64,000 nt of DNA, taken from contig JAVBTY010000025.1 in assembly GCA_031555955.1 (NCBI GenBank), forward strand, positions 33,205 through 97,204, in the 5' to 3' direction. The position numbers were made by a program, and so were the translations under genes. Positions 37,316 to 46,179 of the stretch are shown here, piece by piece; position 1 is the stretch's first letter, and every line of letters begins with the position of its first letter. Under the pieces are notes generated by a model that was given only the letters and a program-made list of their open reading frames with translations, was not told the DNA's origin and made no database searches. The stretch comes from Rhodocyclaceae bacterium (GTDB lineage: Bacteria; Pseudomonadota; Gammaproteobacteria; Burkholderiales; Rhodocyclaceae).

Positions 37316-39637
37316 ATGGAACAGAAAAGCGGCGGTTCGTGCATCGCAAAAACAACCCTGATCGGCCAGCGCATCAAAAAACCCGATGCGCCCGAAAAGT
37401 CGACCGGTAAAACCCGGTATATCAACGATATGGTTTTGCCGCAGATGCTGATCGGCAAGATCCTGCACGCGGGGCGCGCGCACGCGAAAATCCTTGGCAT
37501 CGATACCTCGGAGGCCGAGCGGCTGCCCGGCGTGCATGCGGTACTCACCGGCAAGGATGCGGCGGGGCTCAGATTCGGCTTCGTGCGCGACAACGTCGCG
37601 CTCAAGGACAAGGTGCGCTGCGAGCATGACGAAGTCGCGGCGGTGGCCGCCGAAACTGAAGAGATCGCACTCAGGGCGATCGGTCTGATCAGGGTGGAGT
37701 ACGAGGACCTGCCCGGCGTTTATTCGCCGGAGGAAGGAAGCCGGAAAGACGCGCCGCAGATTCACGACAATTTCCCCGAAAACAAAAGTCTGCGCTTTGA
37801 GTTCAGGCATGGCGATCTGGCGGCGGCCGAAGCGGCTTCCGACTTCATTGTTGATAACGTGTTCAGGCCGCACCACGTCACCCATTGCTGCATGGGCACG
37901 TCCTGCGCGATTGCCGATTTCGATAGCAACGGCAAGCTCACCATCTGGTCGCAGACCCAGTATCCGTACAACTACAAAATGGACCTCGCGCCCGCACTGG
38001 GCATACAGCCGGGCGACATCCGCGTGATCCAGCCGCCGGTGGGCGGCGCATTCGGAGCCAAGCTCGACGTTTATCCCTACGAACCGATCGCCGCCCTGCT
38101 GGCGAAGAAGACGGGCCGCCCGGTCAAACTGACCTATACGCGCGAGGAGGAATTCAAATGTTCCCCCACGCGCCAGCCAGCGGTCATCCACATGCGCACC
38201 GGCTGCACGCGTGATGGGGTGCTGACGTTCCGCAGCGCCGACGTGCTGCTGGATAACGGCGCGTATACCTCATGGGGGCCGACAATCCCGGTGATCATGA
38301 TGCGCACGACCTCCGGGCATTACCGGGTGCCGGTGGTCGATTTCAAGGCGCAGGCGATCTACACGAACAATCCCTATGCAGGGTCGTTCCGCGGTTACGG
38401 CAACGTGCAGACGACGTTCGCGACCGCCCAGCAGATGGACATGCTGGCCGACATGGTGGACATCGATCCGCTCGAATTCCATCTGAAGAATGCGCAGAAA
38501 TCCGGCGAGGTCACGCCACAGAAATCGTTTTTGCGCGAATGCGTGCTGGCGGAATGTCTGGAAACAGCGGCGCGGGCCAGCGACTACAGCCGCAAGCGCA
38601 AGGAATACGCGGCGGAAAGGGACAAACCGGGGCGCTACAAGAAAGGGATCGGCCTGGCCTCGTCGATCCATAACGCGGGCGGCGCGAAAATCCACAAATC
38701 GGACGGCTGCGGCACGATGCTGAAAGTGGACGATTTCGCGCGGGTTCTTGTGATTACCGGCGCCTCGGAAATCGGACAGGGCATCGATGCGGTCGTCAGC
38801 CTGATCGTCGCCGAAGAACTGGGCGTGCCGATCGAGCATGTCACGCTCGTCAACAACGATTCGGATATCGCGCCGTGGGATGTCGGCGTGCACGCCTCGC
38901 GCACGACCTTTATTGCCGGCAACGGCGCGCGCCGGGCCGCGCGCAAGGCGAGAAGCCAGATCCTGAACGCAGCATCGAGGGCGCTCGGCGTGGCGGAAGA
39001 GGAACTCGACCTGCGCGGCGGCTTTGTCGTCCGCGATCAGTGCGGCAGCCAGCTCATCAAGCTGGACAGGCTGCTGCGCCAGATGCATTTCCAGGAGGTT
39101 CCGGAACTGGTGATGGTCACGGACTATTACGAGCCGAAAAGCGAGCCGGAAGGCGCGGACCACGCTTCGGATCACTCCGCCGCCTATTCGCACGCGGTGC
39201 ACATCGCCGAAATCACCGTCGATACGCTGACTGGCGAAATCAGGGTCGACAAGATCACCGTGGCGCAGGACGTGGGGCGCGTCATCAACCGCATGGGACT
39301 TGAAGCCCAGATCGAAGGCGGCATCGCGACCGGGCTCGGTTACGGCCTGAGCGAAAACATGCAGCTGGAAAAGGGCATGCTGAAGAACGCCAGCTTCCGC
39401 GACTACAAGCTGATTACCGCGCCGGAAATGCCGCCGCTCGATCTGCATTTCATCGAAAGCAACTGCGCCGAAGGGCCTTATGGGGCCAAGGGCATTGCGG
39501 AACTGCCGACTATCGTTATTTCCCCGGCCATCGCCAATGCGCTGTTCAACGCGACGGGCGTGCGGATTTTCAGCCCGCCGCTGTCGCCAGAAAAGGTCGC
39601 GCGGGCGCTGCACGAAAAACGGCAGGCAAAGGAGTAA
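37316..39637 (+). CDS. Xanthine dehydrogenase family molybdopterin-binding (large) subunit
   Basis: VGGAFGAK, SFRGYG, EIGQG, ASR, QIEGG, GAKGIAE. Confidence 0.93.
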   Translation: MEQKSGGSCIAKTTLIGQRIKKPDAPEKSTGKTRYINDMVLPQMLIGKILHAGRAHAKILGIDTSEAERLPGVHAVLTGKDAAGLRFGFVRDNVALKDKVRCEHDEVAAVAAETEEIALRAIGLIRVEYEDLPGVYSPEEGSRKDAPQIHDNFPENKSLRFEFRHGDLAAAEAASDFIVDNVFRPHHVTHCCMGTSCAIADFDSNGKLTIWSQTQYPYNYKMDLAPALGIQPGDIRVIQPPVGGAFGAKLDVYPYEPIAALLAKKTGRPVKLTYTREEEFKCSPTRQPAVIHMRTGCTRDGVLTFRSADVLLDNGAYTSWGPTIPVIMMRTTSGHYRVPVVDFKAQAIYTNNPYAGSFRGYGNVQTTFATAQQMDMLADMVDIDPLEFHLKNAQKSGEVTPQKSFLRECVLAECLETAARASDYSRKRKEYAAERDKPGRYKKGIGLASSIHNAGGAKIHKSDGCGTMLKVDDFARVLVITGASEIGQGIDAVVSLIVAEELGVPIEHVTLVNNDSDIAPWDVGVHASRTTFIAGNGARRAARKARSQILNAASRALGVAEEELDLRGGFVVRDQCGSQLIKLDRLLRQMHFQEVPELVMVTDYYEPKSEPEGADHASDHSAAYSHAVHIAEITVDTLTGEIRVDKITVAQDVGRVINRMGLEAQIEGGIATGLGYGLSENMQLEKGMLKNASFRDYKLITAPEMPPLDLHFIESNCAEGPYGAKGIAELPTIVISPAIANALFNATGVRIFSPPLSPEKVARALHEKRQAKE

Positions 39638-39680
39638 GGCCCTACAGGCAAAAACAGCGTTTTGCAGCAGGAGCCAGAAA

Positions 39681-41195
39681 ATGAACATTGCAGACTGGAT
39701 CGAAAAATGGGCGCAGGCCGCGCCCGAAAAGATCGCGATCCGCTTTGAAGGCAGTGAAATGACGTATCCGCAGTTCAACGCCGCCATCAAGGCGTGCGCG
39801 GTGATGCTGCGGAATGAACTTGGCATCCGGCCCGGAGATCGCGTCGCCTGGCTGGGGCAGAATCATCCGCAGATTCTCGTTTTCTTTTTCGCCTGCGCGC
39901 GTTTCGGGGCCCTGTTCGTGCCGCTGAACTGGCGGCTCGCGCCCCAGGAGCATGCGCAGATACTGCGGGATTGCGGCGCGTCAGCGGTGTTTGTTGATGA
40001 ACCGTATGTAAGGCAGAGCGAGGCGTTCCGGAACGATCTGCCGCGTTGCCATTTTGTTGAAACAGGCGCGGGAGGAACGCCCGGCTGGTCTGGACTCGAC
40101 GAACTGATGAGGGCTGCGCGGGGGGAGGAGCGCTATCCGGACGCCAGCCTGGATTCCCCCCTGCTCATCATCTACACCTCGGGCACGACCGGTGCGCCGA
40201 AGGGCGCGGTGCTTACGCAGGAGGCGGTGCAGTACAACGCCTTCAACTGCACGATCCTGCATGGCATGACGGGCGAGGACCGGATCCTGACCTTTCTCCC
40301 CCTGTTCCACGTGGGCGGGCTGAACGTCCAGACCACGACGGGGTTTTATGTCGGGGCGACGGTGATCCTGCAACGGATCTTCGACCCCAGGCAGGTTCTG
40401 GATGCGATCATCCGTGAGAAACCGACGCTGACAATCATCCTGCCCGCGCACATGCAGCCGCTGCAAAGCCTGCCGGACTGGGAGCGCGCGGATTTTTCCA
40501 GCCTGCGCGCGGTGCTGACCGGCTCCTGTCCGATCCCCGCCGAAATGGCCGATTACTGGCGCGGACGGGGCATTCCCCTGCTGAACATGTACGGCGCCAG
40601 CGAAACCGCGCCTGTGGCCATCCACCAGATGATTCCCAATTCTTTTGCGACCCGGGGGTCGGTCGGATTTCCGGCGATGCACTGTGAAATACGTATTGTC
40701 GACGTCAATGGAAACGACTGCGGGGTGGATCAGACCGGCGAAATCCTCGTGCGCGGGAAAAACGTCATGGCCTGCTACTGGAACAACGAGAACGCGACCC
40801 GGAACGCGCTCGTCGATGGCTGGTTTCATAGCGGCGATCTGGGGTACGTCGACCGGTGCGGCTGTTATCACATCGTCGACCGCAAGAAAGACATGATCAT
40901 TTCAGGCGGTGAAAACATCTACCCGGCCGAGCTTGAAAGCGTGCTGTCCGAACACCCTGATGTACAGGAAGTCGCGGTTGTCGGGCGGCAGGATCCGCAA
41001 TGGGGGGAAGTGCCGGTCGCGGTTATCGTGCCCAGACAGGGATGCCGGCTGGGCAAGGGAGAAATTCTCGCCTGGCTCGACGGCAGGCTGGGCAGGTACA
41101 AGCATCCGAAAGACATCCTGTTTATGGATGCGCTGCCGAGAAACGAGATGCGCAAAGTGGTCAAGCACGTCCTGCGCAAAATGGTCGTTTCCTGA
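39681..41195 (+). CDS. AMP-forming acyl/aryl-CoA ligase
   Basis: YTSGTTGAPKG, LPLFH, YGASE, GDLG, DRKKDMIISGGENIYP; AGGAG RBS. Confidence 0.92.
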   Translation: MNIADWIEKWAQAAPEKIAIRFEGSEMTYPQFNAAIKACAVMLRNELGIRPGDRVAWLGQNHPQILVFFFACARFGALFVPLNWRLAPQEHAQILRDCGASAVFVDEPYVRQSEAFRNDLPRCHFVETGAGGTPGWSGLDELMRAARGEERYPDASLDSPLLIIYTSGTTGAPKGAVLTQEAVQYNAFNCTILHGMTGEDRILTFLPLFHVGGLNVQTTTGFYVGATVILQRIFDPRQVLDAIIREKPTLTIILPAHMQPLQSLPDWERADFSSLRAVLTGSCPIPAEMADYWRGRGIPLLNMYGASETAPVAIHQMIPNSFATRGSVGFPAMHCEIRIVDVNGNDCGVDQTGEILVRGKNVMACYWNNENATRNALVDGWFHSGDLGYVDRCGCYHIVDRKKDMIISGGENIYPAELESVLSEHPDVQEVAVVGRQDPQWGEVPVAVIVPRQGCRLGKGEILAWLDGRLGRYKHPKDILFMDALPRNEMRKVVKHVLRKMVVS

Positions 41196-41200
41196 AGCCG

Positions 41201-41452
41201 ATGAAAATACGGTATCACGCCTGGCTGAGGGACAGCGTGGGCTGCGCCGGGGAGGAGGTCGCGCTTCCCGCCGGGGTGACGGATGTCGGCAGGCTGCTGG
41301 ACTGGATGTCGACGCGCGGCAAAAGATACGAGGAGGCTTTCGAACTCATCGCGGTTGTGATGGTGCTGGTGAATGGACGCAACGCGGGCAGGAATCATCC
41401 GGTGTGCGACGGGGATGAAATCCAGTTCGTTCCGCCGATTGCGGGAGGATAG
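41201..41452 (+). CDS. MoaD/ThiS family ubiquitin-like sulfur carrier
   Basis: 83 aa, MKIRYHAWLRD...DGDEIQFVPPIAGG, ending in Gly-Gly. Confidence 0.85.
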   Translation: MKIRYHAWLRDSVGCAGEEVALPAGVTDVGRLLDWMSTRGKRYEEAFELIAVVMVLVNGRNAGRNHPVCDGDEIQFVPPIAGG

Positions 41453-41571
41453 GCGGGCTGCTCCGGCCAGGAGATCCGGGAGATTGGTGAAAAGGAGAAT
41501 GGAAAGGATTCTGTAGCAGATCGCTCGCTCAACGTATCTCGTTTCATGAATATAAATAGAGGAGACAGGAG

Positions 41572-42735
41572 ATGAAGAAAGCGTTGTTGTGTCTGGCGCT
41601 GGCCGGTGCGTTTTCCGTGGCGGCGCAGGCGGCGGATAAAATAAAAGTGGGATTCGTCAGCACTCTTTCCGGGCCGGGCGGAGTGCTGGGCGCCGGTATC
41701 CGCGACGGATTCATGCTGGGTATCGAGCATGCCGGAGGCAGACTTGGCGGTATTCCGGTGGAGCTGCTCGTCGAGGACGACCAGCAGAAACCCGATGTTG
41801 CGAAGCAGCTGACTGACAGGCTGCTGAAACGCGACAAGGTTGATTTCATGACTGGCATCGTTTTCCAGAACATCCTGCAGGCGGCGCAAGGCACGGTGTT
41901 TGGCGCGGAAACCTTTTACATCAGCCCCAACACTGGTCCGTCCGATCTGGCGGGGGCGGGGTGCAATCCGTATTTTTTCGCCGTTTCCTGGGCCAGCGAC
42001 AGCTACTCCGAAGCCACGGGCAAGGACGTTACGGACAAGGGGTACAAAAACGTTTTTGTCATCGCGCCTAACTATCCTGGCGGCAAGGATGTGGTGAACG
42101 GATTCAAGCGCTACTACAAGGGCGGCTACGCGGGAGAAACCTACACCAAGCCCGGGCAGCTCGATTACGCCGTGGAGATTTCACAGATCCGCGCGGCGAA
42201 GCCGGATGCCGTGTTTTTTTTCCTGCCCGGCGGCATGGGCGTGAACTTTCTCAAGCAGTGGCACCAGGCCGGGATGGGCAAGGATTTCCCGCTTTTCGGC
42301 ACGGGCTGGTCCTTCGACCAGGACACGCTGGCGGCGGTGGGCGAACCGACGCTGGGGGCGCTCAACGCCTCGCACTGGAACCTGGATCTGGACAACGCAG
42401 CCAACAAAAAGTTTGTTGCCGGTTTCGAAAAGAAATACGGCCGCCTGCCCAACGAGTTCGCCGCGCAGGGCTACGACGCGGCGATGCTTATCGATAGCGC
42501 CGTGCGCGATACCGGAGGGCGGATCGAGGACAAGGCAGCCCTGCGCAAGGCGCTGGAAGCAGCGAATTTCAGATCGGTGCGCGGCGCTTTCCGGTTCAAC
42601 AGGAACCATTTCCCGATCCAGAGCTACTACCAGCGCCAGGTGGTGAAAGATGAGCAGGGCCGTTTCGTGAACAAGACAACCGATACGATCTTTGTCGACC
42701 ACCAGGACGCCTACGTCACGGCCTGCAACATGTAA
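41572..42735 (+). CDS. Liv-type ABC transporter substrate-binding protein (aromatic-acid-binding clade)
   Basis: Signal peptide; TLSGP, EDDQQKP, APNY..GKD, FLPGGMG, SVRG.F.FN.NHFP. Confidence 0.88.
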   Translation: MKKALLCLALAGAFSVAAQAADKIKVGFVSTLSGPGGVLGAGIRDGFMLGIEHAGGRLGGIPVELLVEDDQQKPDVAKQLTDRLLKRDKVDFMTGIVFQNILQAAQGTVFGAETFYISPNTGPSDLAGAGCNPYFFAVSWASDSYSEATGKDVTDKGYKNVFVIAPNYPGGKDVVNGFKRYYKGGYAGETYTKPGQLDYAVEISQIRAAKPDAVFFFLPGGMGVNFLKQWHQAGMGKDFPLFGTGWSFDQDTLAAVGEPTLGALNASHWNLDLDNAANKKFVAGFEKKYGRLPNEFAAQGYDAAMLIDSAVRDTGGRIEDKAALRKALEAANFRSVRGAFRFNRNHFPIQSYYQRQVVKDEQGRFVNKTTDTIFVDHQDAYVTACNM

Positions 42736-42764
42736 AGGAGGAACGGGCGCTTCCAGGCGGACGC

Positions 42765-42786
42765 TCCGGCGGGAGCGCCCGCCGGA
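42765..42786 (+). other. Stem-loop after the substrate-binding-protein gene (mRNA stabiliser or attenuator)
   Basis: TCCGGCGGG-AGCG-CCCGCCGGA, a perfect 9-bp stem with no U tract. Confidence 0.45.
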
Positions 42787-42792
42787 CGCCCT

Positions 42793-43719
42793 GTGACCAT
42801 GACCGGGATCCTTTTTCTTGAGCAATGCCTGAACGGAGTGCAGTTCGGGCTGATGCTGTTTCTTCTGGTGGCGGGCCTGACGCTGATTTTCGGCATCATG
42901 GACCTGATCAATCTGGCGCATGGTTCGCTGTACATGACCGGCGCCTATCTCGTCGCCACGTTCGCGCAGGCCAGCGGTTCCTTCTGGCTCGCGGTTCCGC
43001 TGGGGATCGCTGCTACCGCTGCTGTGGGCATGATGGTTGAGGTTCTTGTCCTGCGCGGTCTTTACCGGCGGGATCACCTGAGCCAGGTGCTCGCTACTTT
43101 CGCGCTGATCCTGATCGCCAACGAAACCACGCGCGCCATCTGGGGTGTGCAGCCGCTCAGGCTCGATGTGCCGCAGGCGCTGTCCGGTTCGGTCGAACTG
43201 CTGCCGGGGCTGCATTATTCCGCCTTCCGGCTCGCCATCATCGCCGTGGGGCTGACCGTCGCCGTGCTGCTCTGGCTGCTGGTGGCGCGCACCCGCGTCG
43301 GCATGCTGGTGCGCGCGGGCGCATCCAACCGCCGCATGGCGACCGCGATGGGGACGAACATTCCATGGCTGTTCACCGCCGTTTTCGGCGTCGGCGCGGC
43401 CTTGTGCGCGCTGGCCGGGGCGATGCTCGGGCCGCTGCTGGAGGTGCAGGTCGGCATGGGCGAGAGCGTGCTGATCCTCGCTTTCATCACCGTGGTTATC
43501 GGTGGAACCGGTTCGATGCGCGGCGCTTTTGTCGGCGCCCTGCTCGTCGGCATCATCGATACCTTCGGGCGCGCTTTCATTCCGTCCGCCCTCAGGGCCG
43601 TGCTGCCGCCGTCGTTCGCCGATGCCGCCGGTCCTTCGCTGGCCGCGATCTCCATTTATCTGCTGATGGTGATCGTGCTGTTCTGGAAACCACGGGGGCT
43701 ATGCCCCGCTGGGGGCTGA
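42793..43719 (+). CDS. Liv-type ABC permease (LivH-like)
   Basis: GLTLIFG...INLAHG, VIGGTGS. Confidence 0.9.
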   Translation: MTMTGILFLEQCLNGVQFGLMLFLLVAGLTLIFGIMDLINLAHGSLYMTGAYLVATFAQASGSFWLAVPLGIAATAAVGMMVEVLVLRGLYRRDHLSQVLATFALILIANETTRAIWGVQPLRLDVPQALSGSVELLPGLHYSAFRLAIIAVGLTVAVLLWLLVARTRVGMLVRAGASNRRMATAMGTNIPWLFTAVFGVGAALCALAGAMLGPLLEVQVGMGESVLILAFITVVIGGTGSMRGAFVGALLVGIIDTFGRAFIPSALRAVLPPSFADAAGPSLAAISIYLLMVIVLFWKPRGLCPAGG

Positions 43720-43721
43720 TC

Positions 43722-44663
43722 ATGACAGGAGTTGTCCGTTACGGCCCGCTTGCCGCTGGCGTGCTGCTCGCGCTGGCGTTCCCCGTGCTCGCGATGATGT
43801 CCGGGCAGGAGTTTTACATTACGGTCGCCAGCCGCATGCTGATCTGGGCCCTGTTCGCCAGCAGTCTCAACCTGCTCGTGGGCACGGGCGGCATGGTCAG
43901 CATGGGGCATGCCGCATTTTTCGGCGTCGGCGCCTATGTGGCGGGGATCGTGGCGCAGGATGCGCCGCACTGGTCGGGGGCTGCAATGGTGCTGCCGCTG
44001 GCGATGCTGGCCGCCAGCACACTGGCGCTGGTTGTGGGGGCTATCTGCCTGCGCACGCGCGGTGTTTATTTCATCATGATCACGCTGGCGTTCGCGCAGA
44101 TGCTTTTCTACGTGTTCATTTCGCTCAAAAGCTACGGCGGGGAAGACGGCCTGACGCTGGCCCGGCGCGCGCCGTTCGCCGGGCTGGATATGGGCAGCGA
44201 TACGGTTTTTTACTACGTGGTTCTGGCGCTGTCCGGCTGCTGTCTTGTCTTTCTGGCCAGGCTGCGCAATTCACGTTTTGGGCGCGTGCTGCGTGGCATC
44301 AAGGACAACGAGGCGCGCATGGAAGCGCTCGGTTACGCCACGTTCCGGTTCAGGCTGACCGCTTTTGTTATCGCCGGTGCGCTGGGCGGACTGGCCGGCG
44401 CGCTGATGGCGAACCAGAACGGTTTTGTCAGCCCCGGCATGTTTTACTGGAACCAGTCTGGTATCGCCCTCGTCATGGTTATTCTCGGCGGCCTGGGCAG
44501 TCTGTGGGGCGGTCTTGCGGGGGCGCTGGCGTATCTGGTGCTGGAGGAGGTGCTGGTCGTGTTCACTCCGCACTGGCAGATCGTGCTCGGCCTGATCCTG
44601 CTCGCCGTAGTGTTTTTCGCGCCACGGGGCATTGCGGGTCTTTTTGCGGGGAAAACGCGATGA
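43722..44663 (+). CDS. Liv-type ABC permease (LivM-like)
   Basis: G.VSMGHAAFFG, YFIMITLAF, GGEDG, VILGGLG; start trimmed to MTGVVRY. Confidence 0.9.
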   Translation: MTGVVRYGPLAAGVLLALAFPVLAMMSGQEFYITVASRMLIWALFASSLNLLVGTGGMVSMGHAAFFGVGAYVAGIVAQDAPHWSGAAMVLPLAMLAASTLALVVGAICLRTRGVYFIMITLAFAQMLFYVFISLKSYGGEDGLTLARRAPFAGLDMGSDTVFYYVVLALSGCCLVFLARLRNSRFGRVLRGIKDNEARMEALGYATFRFRLTAFVIAGALGGLAGALMANQNGFVSPGMFYWNQSGIALVMVILGGLGSLWGGLAGALAYLVLEEVLVVFTPHWQIVLGLILLAVVFFAPRGIAGLFAGKTR

Positions 44664-44683
44664 ACGCACGCGAGGAAGGTGCA

Positions 44684-45451
44684 ATGAACATGCCGCTGCT
44701 GGAAACGCGCGCGCTCTGCAAGCGTTTTGGCGGTCTGGTCGCCACCAGTTCGGTATCGCTGGCGATCCGGCGCGGTGAATGCCATGCCGTGATCGGCCCC
44801 AACGGGGCGGGCAAGACGACGCTGATCGGCCAGCTTTCAGGCAGTCTGCGTCCCGATACCGGGTCGGTGCATTTTGCCGGACGCGATGTGACGCGCCTCG
44901 GGGCCCATCGTCGCGCCGCGCTGGGTCTTGCGCGCTCGTTCCAGATCACCAGCGTCCTGAATGATTTCAGCGTGGCCGAAAACGTTGGCATTGCCCTGCA
45001 GGCGGTAAGCGGATCGAGTTTCCGTTTCTGGCGACCGGTTGCCACCGAAAAAAAACTGGCGGCTGATGCCGTGGAAATCCTGCGTCAGGTGGACCTGGAG
45101 CCGCTCGCGTCACGCCAGGCGCGCGGGCTGTCGCATGGTGAGCACCGTCAGCTTGAAATCGCGCTGGCCCTGGCGGTGCGACCGCAGCTGATGCTGCTCG
45201 ACGAACCGATGGCGGGCATGGGGCCGGATGAGTCTGAACGCATGGTGCGGCTCATCGCCGGGCTTAAGGGACGCTATACCGTTTTACTGGTTGAACACGA
45301 CATGGATGCGGTCTTCCGCCTTGCCGACCGGATCTCGGTGCTTGTCGCCGGGAGCATCGTCGCAACCGGCACGGCGGATCAAATCCGCGCCTGCCGGGAA
45401 GTCAGAACCGCCTATCTGGGCGAGGAGACGGTGAATGGGCAATCTGCTTGA
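44684..45451 (+). CDS. Liv-type ABC ATP-binding protein (LivG-like)
   Basis: GPNGAGKT, LSHGE, LLDEPMAG, VEHDMD, VRTAYLG. Alternative start at 44660. Confidence 0.9.
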   Translation: MNMPLLETRALCKRFGGLVATSSVSLAIRRGECHAVIGPNGAGKTTLIGQLSGSLRPDTGSVHFAGRDVTRLGAHRRAALGLARSFQITSVLNDFSVAENVGIALQAVSGSSFRFWRPVATEKKLAADAVEILRQVDLEPLASRQARGLSHGEHRQLEIALALAVRPQLMLLDEPMAGMGPDESERMVRLIAGLKGRYTVLLVEHDMDAVFRLADRISVLVAGSIVATGTADQIRACREVRTAYLGEETVNGQSA

Positions 45452-46145
45452 AATCGAAGGGCTCGAAAGTTTCTACGGTGCAAGCCAGGCCCTGTTCGGC
45501 ATCGGGCTGTGCATTGCGCCGGGTGAAATGGTGACGCTGCTTGGGCGCAACGGCATGGGTAAAACCACCACGGTGCACAGCATTACCGGACTGGTGCGTC
45601 CGCGCGGCGGCACGGTGCGGTTTCGCGGCGAAGCGATTCACGGGCTGGACGCGGACCGTATCGGCCGCGCCGGCATTGGACTGGTACCGGAAGGGCGGCA
45701 GATTTTCCCGAATCTGACGGTGCGCGAAAATCTGGTGGCGTGGGCGTCGAACCGTAGCGGCGCGGCCGATCCATGGACGCTCGACAAGGTGTTCGCCTTC
45801 TTTCCGCGCCTGGCCGAACGCCAGAAAAACATGGGCAATCAGCTCTCGGGCGGCGAACAGCAGATGCTGGCGATCGGCCGTGTGCTGATGACCAATCCGT
45901 ACCTGATCATTCTTGACGAGGCCACCGAAGGACTCGCACCGCTGGTGCGGGAGGAAATCTGGCGCTGCCTGGTCAGCCTCAAGGCCAGCGGCCTGGCGGT
46001 GCTGGTGATCGACAAGTATGTGCGCAAACTCATCGCCATCGCCGACCGCCACTACATCCTGGAGCGCGGCAGCATCCGCTGGGAAGGCAGCTCCGCAGCG
46101 CTGGCTGCGAAGCCGGAACTCTGGCAGCGCTATCTGGGGGTGTGA
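45435..46145 (+). CDS. Liv-type ABC ATP-binding protein (LivF-like)
   Basis: GRNGMGKT, VPEGR, LSGGEQQMLAIGR, LDEATEGLAP. Confidence 0.92.
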   Translation: MGNLLEIEGLESFYGASQALFGIGLCIAPGEMVTLLGRNGMGKTTTVHSITGLVRPRGGTVRFRGEAIHGLDADRIGRAGIGLVPEGRQIFPNLTVRENLVAWASNRSGAADPWTLDKVFAFFPRLAERQKNMGNQLSGGEQQMLAIGRVLMTNPYLIILDEATEGLAPLVREEIWRCLVSLKASGLAVLVIDKYVRKLIAIADRHYILERGSIRWEGSSAALAAKPELWQRYLGV

Positions 46146-46179
46146 TTCCCGAAGCGGCCCGCCGGTGGCCTGGCGGGGG

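Noticed and set aside
37316-39637. Aerobic CO dehydrogenase (coxMSL) call based on M-S-L order
   Set aside because: It lacks the AYxCSFR Cu-binding loop and cox accessory genes.
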